DNA from: an uncultured Verrucomicrobiae bacterium
GTDB taxonomy: Bacteria; Verrucomicrobiota; Verrucomicrobiia; Limisphaerales; Palsa-1400
NCBI GenBank assembly: GCA_963702845.1
Contig: OY969763.1
Coordinates: forward strand, 1,984,001 to 2,048,000
Direction: 5' to 3'
Length of the DNA stretch: 64,000 nt
Below the pieces are notes generated by a model. It was not told the DNA's origin. It worked only from the letters and a program-made list of their open reading frames with translations, and did no database searches. Position numbers and translations under genes: made by a program. Positions within the stretch are counted from its first letter, which is position 1, and every line of letters begins with the position of its first letter. This document shows, piece after piece, positions 16,503 through 26,541 of the stretch.

Positions 16503-19500
16503 ATGCAATCGAATCACACGCAATCAGAGTATCCCAGATCGCATCAACGACAAAAGTTTTTCAATCCGTGTCCAATGCAAGTTATCCCGTTCGAAAAATT
16601 AACCAGGCCCGTTTCACAGCGTTTTGTCACCTTGCTTTTGCTCGTCGGCATTTCGTGGTTCGTCGATTGTTGCGATGTTCGCGCGCAGTCGTGTTCGGCA
16701 AACGGGCAAACGTTAGGCGCTTATGTCCAGTACCAGACGGTTTACGCCGATCTGTCGAAATGCTGTTTTCCCGAATATACGAATTTGGATCTGCCGAGGA
16801 TCCATATGTATCACACCCAGCGGATCGTCGGAGACTACGGCTATCATTACACAAATGATTTTACAGAGGCCACCAATTGGTCCGGTGGGTCTGACGGCAG
16901 ACAATGGGAGTACCATGCCGGAGTTTACTCAGAGCACGATAATACGACTCGGAATTTTGATTTCACTGAAAATAGGTACGTGCGCGCGGAGATAACGAAC
17001 TATTGTTTTTATACGAACAGTTGTTCGGGCGACCTTTCGACCGACAATGAAATGACTGATAGTCGATATTACCATTCGTGGAGCTCTGTTGATGGCGAGG
17101 AATCCGATTCAGCGTCCTCGTCCTCCGTTGTATCGGGGACGGTTACCACTAATGACTGCTGCATTTCTCCATTCCCATGCAATCCTAACGGTCATGATGT
17201 AGCCTATGGTTTCGTTGGTTCATGGAGTGATATCACACACGTGTACAATTACTATTCTTCTGGCTCTGGCGGCCCCACTTCGGACCCCGATAAAACAACC
17301 TCCAGCACGAACACGGGTAACATATCCTGTTTAACTGTGCATAGAGCTTTGACTCAAATTGATACTCCAATTAAGGCTGAGTCGGATTTCAGTGTCACAA
17401 ACACAAGTTTACCTCCACTGTGCCCTAGTTGCTCAAGTGATGCGTTCGTCGATTCTACGCATGATGTTTTTAACTATACACTTTCTTACGAGTATACGGA
17501 CGAGGAACTGAGTAATCACATTGTCGGGTTAATGGGGGATTTCTCCGGAAGTTGGTATACACCGGACGGCTCTGGCAACGAATTCTATAAGACAACAGCC
17601 TATTCAATGATTGATGGCGATCATGTCCATGGACAGTGGCAACCTACCCAAGAGGGAGGGAGTTACCCGGTCGACGCCGAGATGCAGAAGATGAAGTATC
17701 GGATCGTGATTCCAAACACGGAAGCTTGGAAGCGTTACCAAGTGTCTTGGGATCTGATAACATACGACTTTACCACCGGAGTAATCGAAACTGTCCCTCA
17801 CATTGTTTATATCGATGGGACTGGAGAATCTGATCAAATTTACGCTGGCGAGGAGATTGTGAACCCTCCCCATTGGGACGACAGTCGCGACTTTTTCGGA
17901 GGCGTTGTTGCAACGTGGGTGGACAACCTTGCTATTTCAGAGACATCGGAGAACCTTGCTGGCGCTGGACCGGGATCTTTGAGTTGGAGCGGGAATGCCT
18001 CGGGTTGTGCGACATGTGGCAGCGCTCGATCGGCCTTGCAGCATTCGCCATACGGTGCTTTGGCCGCGTCTTTCGCTTTAGGCAATGCGTTGGGGTATGG
18101 TTCAGCCGGAAACTTGGAGATATTGGCGCGCGTGCCGGACGTCAATTTGGCGACGCCCAAAAGCATCATTTACCCTGACGGGATTCCTTCGATCGAGGCG
18201 ATCCGGTTATCGGGAGTCTTGCGTCAGGTTAACGCTCCGCAAGCATTGGTGGACATCGTCACTCTCGATTCATTCTCATATGAGTTACGGTACTACCTGC
18301 CGTCCCAGGTTGGGAGCCTTAGCGGCGGTGTATACTCGGTGACGGGAAGCCCCTTTGTCACTTGGACGATCCAAAATCCAGATGCCTCCACCAATACGTA
18401 TAATCGGCTTCAGATTACTGAAACCCGCGGATCGGATAGCCGCGGATTTCTGTACACCTATAATCCGACGAATTCGGTCTGGACTTTGACTCGGCCTGAT
18501 AATTCACAGGAAGAGATCGCCACCGGGTTCACTAACAACGTGGATTGGATTACCCTGAATGTAACGAACACTGTCCGCAGTCCGTTGGGGGTGACGAATT
18601 TTCAGGAAATTCGCGTTTATCAGCGCCCAATTGGAATTCAGCCAGTGAGCGTCAGCGGATCGACGACCAATCGCGCAGAGTTGAGGTCGAATCCGCAGAT
18701 GAAATTTTATTTAACGACGAACATTGTAAATCCCGGCTCGAATGCGAAAGTAACCACGTACAGTTATTACGACAATTATACCAGCCCGTACGCGTGGGGA
18801 GCATGGTTCCATTCAACGATTCCTCCCGTTAAGTACATTAAGAGATCGGACGGCACATGGGAATATTTCGCCTATAACGCTCAAAACGTGACGGATCACG
18901 TCACGCCGTTCGGGGACGCTGCGGCACCAACATCAGGTGCCCCGTCTTACTCCACGTCGCGACATACCGTCTATTCGGAATTTGACGGAGGCGATTTTTT
19001 GACTTACGCGCAGGATACAGTGCAGGAGGATAAAGCGCATTGGACCACGCATATTTCGTTCACGACGAACTTGTCTCCTGGCGTCCATTTTTACGGTGAA
19101 ACTGATGGAACGCAAAATTATCACACCATTACGGGATACTTCACGAACGGATTTAATGCGGGCAGGCTGCAAAGCGTGCAGAAACCGGACGGCACGTTGA
19201 CGCTTTACGCCTACGACATTGCTGCCGACGCCACGCAGACGAATACCGTTTGGTCCGGGGCACCCAACAGTGACAAGACAGCAGTGGTCGATGGCACTAA
19301 AACTGTCACAATTATGGGGCCGGTTGGACAGATAATCTCCTACACGCAAACCGATATACGTTCAGGAATAACATTGGCGAACGACGTGTATGGAAACTAC
19401 GACTCACTTAGCCGGCCGCAGTTGGTCACACACATGGATGGAACAACAGAGCAGAAGTATTATAGCTGCTGTGGAATTGATTATACGGTCGACCGTGACG

Positions 19501-22500
19501 GTGTTACGACTCAGTATTACTATGATGATGCCAAGCGACAGGTGGCGACTTTCCGCAACGGTATAACGACGAGCAACCTGCTGGACTCCGTCGGTCGTAT
19601 CTTGAAAACAGTGCGAATCGGAACCGACAACTCGCAGATCGTGTTGGGGCAATGGCAATACGACCTATCGGGCACTCTGATTCGACAGACCAATGCGTTG
19701 GGGGGCGTGACAAGCTATACTGAAGGGACAGGTGGGCTTGTAAGGACGACTACAAATCCAGACGGCGGAACGATCATCGAAACTTATTATGGTGACGGAC
19801 AACTGAAGAGCCGCACCGGGACGGCGGTCCACGGCGTCGCATACTCTTACGACGTGGACTCGCCTGGGCACCGGATCACGACGGAAACCAAACTGACGGC
19901 TGCTGGCGTCGCTACCTCCGAAGCCGTGAGCTCGTACGTAGACTGGCTCGGAAAGCCTACGAAGACTGTTTACAGCGATACTGCGGGGTCGAGTATTCAG
20001 TATTCCTACAACACCGTCGGCCAATTGGCTCAAGAAATCGATCCCGACGGCGTCACCACGCTCTATGGATACAATCTCAAAGGAGAATTAACTACAAACG
20101 CGATTGATATGGAAGGTTATGGCACAATTGATCCGAGCGGCACTAATCGCATCACTTTTACCACCAATGATGTCGTTTCTGATCACGGAGTGAACGTCCT
20201 GCGCTCCCGTACGTATGTTTGGATGACAGACAACGACGATTCGCCGTCGCTGGTTTCGATGTCCGAAATGTCCACGGACGGCTTGCAATCGTGGCAAACG
20301 CGTTACCGCGACTCAAGCACGCCCGTCACAACACACTCTCAGACGGTCTATAGTGGCACGAACCGCACAGTTACCGTGACCACCCCTGACAATTCGTGCA
20401 CCGTTACACGGTATTTGAACGGGCGATTAAGCTCCACCACGCAATACGATTCAACGCCCACCCAGATTGGCAGCACAACTTACGGCTACGATGCCCATGG
20501 CAGGCAGAACACCGTCACCGATGTCCGCAATGGAACTATGGTTTACACATTCAACGATGCTGACTTGGTGGTTACGGTGACGACGCCTGACCCTGGAGTC
20601 ACGGGCGGTTCGCCGCAGACGCTGACTACCCTTTATAGCAAGTCACTGGAGGCGACGAATACCATCATGCCAGACAGCACGTCAGTAACAAATTTCTATT
20701 TACCGACGGGAGAAGTCTCACTCACCTGCGGCTCGCGAACGTATCCGGTCGGCTATAGCTATGACTATGCTGGCCGCGTGAAATCGATGACTAACTGGTC
20801 GGACTTCTCGAGCCGGAGCGGAGCGCGAGTGACCACCTGGGATTACGATCCATATCGCGGTTTTCTCATCGGCAAAGTCTACGCAGACACCAACGGACCA
20901 TCATATCAATACACTGCTGCAGGACGGCTTCGTATTCGCACTTGGGCGCGAGGCACCAATACCACCTACGGTTACACACCCGCGGGCGACCTTTACACGG
21001 TGACCTACGACGATGGTTCCACCCCTTCAGCAACGTGCAGCTACGATCGCATCGGCCGGATGAATTCACTGGTGCGGGACGGGATGACAACCACGTTGGC
21101 TTATGACTTTGCCAACGATCTCTTAAACGAATCGTATTTGGGAGGCGTTTTAGATGGGTTGTCAGTGACGAACGGGTATGACGCGAAGCTTCGCCAAACT
21201 GGGTTAGGAGCATTGTCTGGTTCTTCTGTCCTGACCAGCGCCGGATATACTTACGACAATGCTTCAAGACTGGCAACAGTGACGTCTGGTACAGAAAGCG
21301 CCACATACAGTTACGTGGTTAATTCGCGGTTAGTGGGGCAGATTGCGTTCAAGCACGGCGGTTCCACGAAGATGACGAGAACCAAGCAATACGACCGTCT
21401 TAATCGCCTGACTTCAATCTCATCTATACCCACGCTGGCGACTTTTGAGTACGGGTACAACAACGCGAATCAACGTGTCCGTGCAACGCTTCCGGATAGC
21501 TTTTGGTCATACGGCTACGACGACCACCTGGGGCAGGTCACGTCAGGAAAGAAATATTGGAATGATGGAACGCCGGTTGCCGGGGAGCAGTTTGAATACA
21601 ATTTTGACGACATTGGGAATCGGAACACGACGAAAGGTGGCGGCTATGAAACCGGAGATTATCTGCGTCTGGCCCACTACACCAACAATCTTGTGAACCA
21701 GATTACGAGCCGCGATGTGCCCGGTTTTAAAGACATCACCGGCCTGAGTCTTGTTACCAACGCCGTAACCGTGAACACCGAGAGCACCTATCGAAAGGGC
21801 GAGTATTTCAGAAAGGAGCTGGTCATTACCAATACGACATCACCGGTGTGGACGAACGTCTCAGTTGTGGCGGGCATTCAAGGTGTTTCGGGTAATTGTC
21901 TTGTACCAAAAACGCCAGAAATATTTAGCTACGACGATGATGGAAACCTAACTTGTGACGGGTTATGGATATACAAGTGGGATGCCGAGAATCGCCTCGT
22001 TTCCATGGAATCAGTTTCGACAATTCCAATAGTAGCGAAGAAGAAAATCAATTTCGCGTACGATTTTCATGGGCGTCGCATCCAGAAGCTGGTCTCAACC
22101 AACAACGGCACGAGCTACGTTGCCCAGTATACAAATCGCTTTGTTTACGAGGGCTGGAATCTGATCGCGGAAGTTGCGCCGAATAATTCGGCGGTTCGCA
22201 CGTATTTGTGGGGGACAGATTTGAGCGGAGGAATGCTAGGGGCGGGTGGAATCGGCGGCTTGCTCGAGATATCGTATTTTGGAGCTTCCACAACCAATTG
22301 TTTTGTGGCCTTCAATGGAAATGGGGATGTCAGCGCGTTAATCAACACTTCGAATGGCGGCGTTTTGGCTAGCTATGAATATGGCCCTTTCGGTGAAACC
22401 ATCCGCGCTACTGGAACGATGGCAAAAGTTAATCCGTTCCGGTTCTCGACCAAATACAACGATGATGAGAGCGATTTGATTTATTATGGATATCGTTACC

Positions 22501-23297
22501 TGAACACTGGAACGGGCAGATGGCTGAGCCGAGACCCCGAGGGTGAGACCGGCGGGGCTAACCTCTACATTTTCGCTGGAAATCAACCAATAACATTCGT
22601 TGACCCAACTGGTTTACAATGGACCATCAAACGAAATCGGCAGGAGCGGGCAGTGGCGACAGCTGAATGCGGTGATACTATTGTTGATTTGGCCCAGCGT
22701 ATTGGTCTCGATGAGACCGAATACCGGAATTGGCTTCAGCCAGTGGATGGTCAAGGCCTGCCAACGTCTCCTTCCGAAGCACTCAGTGGGAACCGAACTT
22801 TCACAATTCCAAACAAGGTTTTATTTGTGATGGGTGGATTCCTAAATTGGCTTGATTATGGTCTTTTGGAAACGCGTGCCGTTGGACTCATGGAAGCCGC
22901 CGAAGAAGATGGTTATTTTGTGAAATACATGGATTATCAGATACAACCGTATGACAAAAATGACATTTTAGCTCAAAGAAAGAATCTCCACGGTTTCATG
23001 CTTTTTGGCCACGGAAGTGTCGATATTCCAGTGATTTCTTCGGCCAAGCCTGGGAACTTTGTTTACGATTTAGGGGCTGGAGATAACCAGGAAATTGGGG
23101 CAGCAGAAATGATCGCAAATTATCATTATGGCATTGTAGTAGCAAAATTTTGCAGTTCAGGTATTGGAGATTGGAGCAGCGATGCGTCTAAGAATGGTTC
23201 AGCATTCGCTACGCGTGGTATTGTTACGTTGCCATTTATCGCGTTTTTCCGAATTTGGTATATGGAACATGTGCTTCTTAGACAGTCAGGTTTATGA
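16503..23297 (+). CDS. RHS/YD-repeat polymorphic toxin with RHS core and C-terminal toxin tip
   Basis: YD repeats; YEYGPFGE..NPFRFSTKY..YYGYRY..GRWLSRDP..NLY..DPTGL core; signal-like hydrophobic N-terminal stretch; start uncertain. Confidence 0.95.
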   Translation: MQSNHTQSEYPRSHQRQKFFNPCPMQVIPFEKLTRPVSQRFVTLLLLVGISWFVDCCDVRAQSCSANGQTLGAYVQYQTVYADLSKCCFPEYTNLDLPRIHMYHTQRIVGDYGYHYTNDFTEATNWSGGSDGRQWEYHAGVYSEHDNTTRNFDFTENRYVRAEITNYCFYTNSCSGDLSTDNEMTDSRYYHSWSSVDGEESDSASSSSVVSGTVTTNDCCISPFPCNPNGHDVAYGFVGSWSDITHVYNYYSSGSGGPTSDPDKTTSSTNTGNISCLTVHRALTQIDTPIKAESDFSVTNTSLPPLCPSCSSDAFVDSTHDVFNYTLSYEYTDEELSNHIVGLMGDFSGSWYTPDGSGNEFYKTTAYSMIDGDHVHGQWQPTQEGGSYPVDAEMQKMKYRIVIPNTEAWKRYQVSWDLITYDFTTGVIETVPHIVYIDGTGESDQIYAGEEIVNPPHWDDSRDFFGGVVATWVDNLAISETSENLAGAGPGSLSWSGNASGCATCGSARSALQHSPYGALAASFALGNALGYGSAGNLEILARVPDVNLATPKSIIYPDGIPSIEAIRLSGVLRQVNAPQALVDIVTLDSFSYELRYYLPSQVGSLSGGVYSVTGSPFVTWTIQNPDASTNTYNRLQITETRGSDSRGFLYTYNPTNSVWTLTRPDNSQEEIATGFTNNVDWITLNVTNTVRSPLGVTNFQEIRVYQRPIGIQPVSVSGSTTNRAELRSNPQMKFYLTTNIVNPGSNAKVTTYSYYDNYTSPYAWGAWFHSTIPPVKYIKRSDGTWEYFAYNAQNVTDHVTPFGDAAAPTSGAPSYSTSRHTVYSEFDGGDFLTYAQDTVQEDKAHWTTHISFTTNLSPGVHFYGETDGTQNYHTITGYFTNGFNAGRLQSVQKPDGTLTLYAYDIAADATQTNTVWSGAPNSDKTAVVDGTKTVTIMGPVGQIISYTQTDIRSGITLANDVYGNYDSLSRPQLVTHMDGTTEQKYYSCCGIDYTVDRDGVTTQYYYDDAKRQVATFRNGITTSNLLDSVGRILKTVRIGTDNSQIVLGQWQYDLSGTLIRQTNALGGVTSYTEGTGGLVRTTTNPDGGTIIETYYGDGQLKSRTGTAVHGVAYSYDVDSPGHRITTETKLTAAGVATSEAVSSYVDWLGKPTKTVYSDTAGSSIQYSYNTVGQLAQEIDPDGVTTLYGYNLKGELTTNAIDMEGYGTIDPSGTNRITFTTNDVVSDHGVNVLRSRTYVWMTDNDDSPSLVSMSEMSTDGLQSWQTRYRDSSTPVTTHSQTVYSGTNRTVTVTTPDNSCTVTRYLNGRLSSTTQYDSTPTQIGSTTYGYDAHGRQNTVTDVRNGTMVYTFNDADLVVTVTTPDPGVTGGSPQTLTTLYSKSLEATNTIMPDSTSVTNFYLPTGEVSLTCGSRTYPVGYSYDYAGRVKSMTNWSDFSSRSGARVTTWDYDPYRGFLIGKVYADTNGPSYQYTAAGRLRIRTWARGTNTTYGYTPAGDLYTVTYDDGSTPSATCSYDRIGRMNSLVRDGMTTTLAYDFANDLLNESYLGGVLDGLSVTNGYDAKLRQTGLGALSGSSVLTSAGYTYDNASRLATVTSGTESATYSYVVNSRLVGQIAFKHGGSTKMTRTKQYDRLNRLTSISSIPTLATFEYGYNNANQRVRATLPDSFWSYGYDDHLGQVTSGKKYWNDGTPVAGEQFEYNFDDIGNRNTTKGGGYETGDYLRLAHYTNNLVNQITSRDVPGFKDITGLSLVTNAVTVNTESTYRKGEYFRKELVITNTTSPVWTNVSVVAGIQGVSGNCLVPKTPEIFSYDDDGNLTCDGLWIYKWDAENRLVSMESVSTIPIVAKKKINFAYDFHGRRIQKLVSTNNGTSYVAQYTNRFVYEGWNLIAEVAPNNSAVRTYLWGTDLSGGMLGAGGIGGLLEISYFGASTTNCFVAFNGNGDVSALINTSNGGVLASYEYGPFGETIRATGTMAKVNPFRFSTKYNDDESDLIYYGYRYLNTGTGRWLSRDPEGETGGANLYIFAGNQPITFVDPTGLQWTIKRNRQERAVATAECGDTIVDLAQRIGLDETEYRNWLQPVDGQGLPTSPSEALSGNRTFTIPNKVLFVMGGFLNWLDYGLLETRAVGLMEAAEEDGYFVKYMDYQIQPYDKNDILAQRKNLHGFMLFGHGSVDIPVISSAKPGNFVYDLGAGDNQEIGAAEMIANYHYGIVVAKFCSSGIGDWSSDASKNGSAFATRGIVTLPFIAFFRIWYMEHVLLRQSGL

Positions 23298-23686
23298 ATA
23301 GTCAGCGACCATGGGCAGCCAGAGCATTCTTAGCATTCGTGTTGTTGGTGCTCGGATACGTTTTACTCATCCCAGAGTACACATACTATTACCGATCAAC
23401 AAAGGATTCAGCAACGAAGCTAGACCCTTGGCAGGATTATGTGCGAGTTAGTGGGAAAGCTAAATTTGTTTTAGTTCGCCCACAGCAATTTGTTGTAAAA
23501 AGTGACACCATCTATTTACTCGCACGGAGAACCACATCTCTTCCTTTGTTCATGGCTGTGCTGGGCCACTACGACAAAGTCTGGAGTATTGGTGAGCTAA
23601 ACATGCTTTCATCAAACCATGTAGAGCTGAAGTCTCTGTGGCCCGATCCAAGTGCTGAGAACTTGGGTGTTCAATGGATCAAATAA
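23294..23686 (+). CDS. Putative immunity protein (N-terminal TM/signal)
   Basis: Small ORF with ATGA overlap with the RHS stop. Confidence 0.55.
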   Translation: MNSQRPWAARAFLAFVLLVLGYVLLIPEYTYYYRSTKDSATKLDPWQDYVRVSGKAKFVLVRPQQFVVKSDTIYLLARRTTSLPLFMAVLGHYDKVWSIGELNMLSSNHVELKSLWPDPSAENLGVQWIK

Positions 23687-23878
23687 AATTGTAGGCAGTC
23701 AACCATGGTAGTCCGCGGTAAATGTCACATCTGCTGCGTTCAGGCAGCGCTAACATAGACGTCACGCGTATATCTATGTGAACCGGCAAAGTTGTAAGCA
23801 TCACGCCAAGTGACTATCTCCAGCAGCATCATAGCTGGTCAAAAGAGTCATAGTTGTCATAGGGCTTTGCTACGACAA

Positions 23879-24165
23879 CTATGATGTGGTTTGTGGTCGA
23901 AGGGATTCTTTCGTTTTATTCCATTCCACTGGCGTCAGTTGGTTCACCTGGCGGTTGGTCAAGTGTGGCAGACGAACGAGCACATCGCGCAAGTAGGCCA
24001 GCGGGTCGATCCCGCGTTTGCGACAGCTTTCGATCAGCGTGTAAATGATCGCGGCACGTTGGCCGGCTCCTGCTTCGCCGACAAAGAGCCAGTTCTTTTT
24101 GCCAATCGCAGTCGGGCGAATGGCGTTCTCGACTAAATTTGTTATCAATCTCCAAAGGTCGCGTG
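23879..24165 (-). pseudogene. IS66-family transposase C-terminal fragment
   Basis: NLVENAIRPTAIGKKNWLF..AAIIYTLIESCR..GIDPLAYLRDVL; upstream LEIDN is frameshifted and the rest of the gene is absent. Confidence 0.9.
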
Positions 24166-24594
24166 CGAACATCAACGAACAGCGGCGTGCCTAGTGTGGG
24201 AAAGTGATCAGCTGAAGGTTCTGACCTTCGAGGATCATACAACCCTAAGTACGTAACCAGCCGCCCAAACGTGCGGGTCAGGTGTGCCTGTCGGACGCAA
24301 GGTTGAACAGACTTCATCGAAGATGCCGTGTCTATCCTCTGGCTTTACGATCGATGATAGCGCTGAAGTCCAAATAAGAGGCAGCAAACAGGTGCCGATG
24401 GCTACGGCTTGAACAAAGGCGCATTTTGGTGATTAGAAGATAAACTACTTAGTGATACAACTCGGCTCAAAGCAATTGAAAGAGTGGCGGATCGGGTCTT
24501 TTCCAAAGCCAATCCCTCTTTTTAGAGAAACCTATCAACGTGCAGGACGGCAAAGTTGCCAAAAACCCAACATTCTATTCCGCCGTTGGGCTGC

Positions 24595-24870
24595 TTAAGC
24601 CGCCACCATTTCCAAGATTTCGACCAGCTTGTTCCACTCCGCGCCGTCTGGCTGTTGTCGGTCACGTTCCCAACGTTGGAGGAGCGCCCGCCCAATGCCT
24701 ATCAATTGCGCCAATTGCCGCTGAGTAAGGCCTTTCTCAACCCGCTTGGCCTTGATGTGGTCTCCGAGCGTTTTAACCGTTGTCGGGAAGGCTTTACGTG
24801 GGCTACGTTCAACTGGAATATATGCGCGAGATGCCTTAATTTGGCGGTGACAAAAACCCAACAGTGCTAA
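24595..24870 (-). CDS. XRE-family HTH protein, possibly a remnant lacking a clear start
   Basis: TLGDHIKAKRVEKGLTQRQLAQLIGIGRALLQRWE. Confidence 0.7.
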   Translation of the reverse strand, partial: LALLGFCHRQIKASRAYIPVERSPRKAFPTTVKTLGDHIKAKRVEKGLTQRQLAQLIGIGRALLQRWERDRQQPDGAEWNKLVEILEMVAA

Positions 24871-24941
24871 CGAATAGTTTTGATGGAAAACGCAGCGGTG
24901 GGTTACGTCAAACATATGTAGCGGTGGTTTGAAATCCGACA

Positions 24942-24969
24942 TTGCTGCGGGCGAGGACGACCGCACTCC
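24942..24969. repeat. REP-like palindromic element
   Basis: TTGCTGCGG-N10-CCGCACTCC, second copy at 33043-33070. Confidence 0.6.
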
Positions 24970-25085
24970 GAAAAAGGCTCAGGCCCGGTTTTCGCGACGG
25001 TTCTCCACGTAATGTCTAATGGCAGAAGTTCCATCGGCGTGAACGTTCTCTGGCAGAGCGCATGGACCTCATTACGCCGTCACAC

Positions 25086-26354
25086 TTATGACACAGGCTC
25101 CGGTTGGCTGTCGGAATCCCAACCTGCATCATGAGCGCGCGTTCCACCACATCTCCATGCGCCGTTAACCTTGACCATGGTTACAATTTTGGTCTGCTGC
25201 GGAGTCGAACTCTGCTGCGAGTCCGTGAAGCCGAACTGGTATTTCAACTCCACTCTGTCACTGGACAGGTCTTTGCGCGCTAAAATCTGAAATCCCTGGA
25301 ATGAAGTGGCAAACTCCTCTCGTGATCTGGCGCGGAACGTAGCCTTGTCACCCATCCAGCTTTTTGCACCGCTCACCGCTTGTGGATCCGTCGCGGCGAT
25401 GACTGCATCATAATCGCCCTGGGCCCGCTCCCAATATCGCGATTCCCAGGCATCCTCCGGCGTGGTATTGCCGGCGTCAATCAATTGGCCACGGCCAAAA
25501 AACCGTCCCTTGATGCTACCTGTGGCTGTGGTGGTGCGTGGGATTGGGTGTGCGTCCGTATAATTCCGAATTTCTTTGATAACGATGGCGGTCGTGCCTG
25601 TAGCCAACAATAAGACGATGCCAGTTGCGATAGCTGTTTTTATTTTAGTCCAAGCCATAATTTTTAATGTTCCTTTGATCAGATTTAAAGCTGAGGCGGA
25701 AGCCGCCGGGGCTTTGGCCAACGCGAGTGCCGTCGCGGTTTTGGCCAGGCCAACCGGGGCGCTTTGAACGGCATGTGCGCAAATGGTTCCGGAAAGGATT
25801 TCCGAGGTGGAAACAACGCCGCGTTTATAAAAAAAGTGCCGCAGTTTTTCCGTCGCCCGATGCAAGCGAAGCCGGGCCGCGCCTTCATTTGCCCCCAAAA
25901 CCGCCCCGACCTCTTTCATGCTTTTGCCGTAAAGAAACCGCAGGACGACCGCATGCCGGTCGGTTTCATTCAAACTGGCAATAGCGGCGTCGAGCAGCGG
26001 GGCAATTTGCGACCAGACCTCAGATTCATTCTCGTTGGCGATGGATTGCATATAGGCCTCCTGTTCCCGGTGAGCGCGCCGAATTTCGCTTCTGACCGAG
26101 GCCAGCGCCGTCAGCCGGGCGGTCTGATAAAGCCAGCCTTCAAGGATGACGTGTTTTCCGAGACTGTGGGATTTGCGCGCCAGAATGACGAAGACAACCT
26201 GGGTAATTTCTTCGGCTTGCTGCGGGTTGCCCGTGTGCCGAAGCGCGACCGAATATACCTTGTTGACGTGCCGCGCGACAAGCGTGGCGAAGGCGTCCTC
26301 CGAGCCGCGCTCGGCGTATGCTCGCAACAAAGCGATATCATCCAATTCCTCCAT
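25086..26354 (-). CDS. ECF RNA polymerase sigma factor with TM segment and C-terminal extracytoplasmic extension
   Basis: DDIALLRAYA..SEDAFATLVARH..VYSVALR..AEEITQVVF region 2; LDAAIASL..DRHAVVLRF region 4; TM IATGIVLLLATG. Confidence 0.93.
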   Translation of the reverse strand: MEELDDIALLRAYAERGSEDAFATLVARHVNKVYSVALRHTGNPQQAEEITQVVFVILARKSHSLGKHVILEGWLYQTARLTALASVRSEIRRAHREQEAYMQSIANENESEVWSQIAPLLDAAIASLNETDRHAVVLRFLYGKSMKEVGAVLGANEGAARLRLHRATEKLRHFFYKRGVVSTSEILSGTICAHAVQSAPVGLAKTATALALAKAPAASASALNLIKGTLKIMAWTKIKTAIATGIVLLLATGTTAIVIKEIRNYTDAHPIPRTTTATGSIKGRFFGRGQLIDAGNTTPEDAWESRYWERAQGDYDAVIAATDPQAVSGAKSWMGDKATFRARSREEFATSFQGFQILARKDLSSDRVELKYQFGFTDSQQSSTPQQTKIVTMVKVNGAWRCGGTRAHDAGWDSDSQPEPVS

Positions 26355-26541
26355 CTGGATATGAATTGTCGCCGACGGAGGAAACGTTACAAACAATTTT
26401 GAAGCCGGAAATCTCCTGAAGGCACCTGGCGAGGAAATGTCGCGAGTGATTTTCTGTAGATTACATTTTGGCGTATACATGACTGGCGGGGGCAGCAAAA
26501 AACTGGGTTGCACTTCTTGGGTGGGTCGCCAAACTTGCGCT

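Noticed and set aside
24484..24512. TGGCGGA... as a tRNA 3'-end attachment site
   Set aside because: Only ~7 nt match; no T-arm TTCGAA motif, no cloverleaf and no partner copy in the window.
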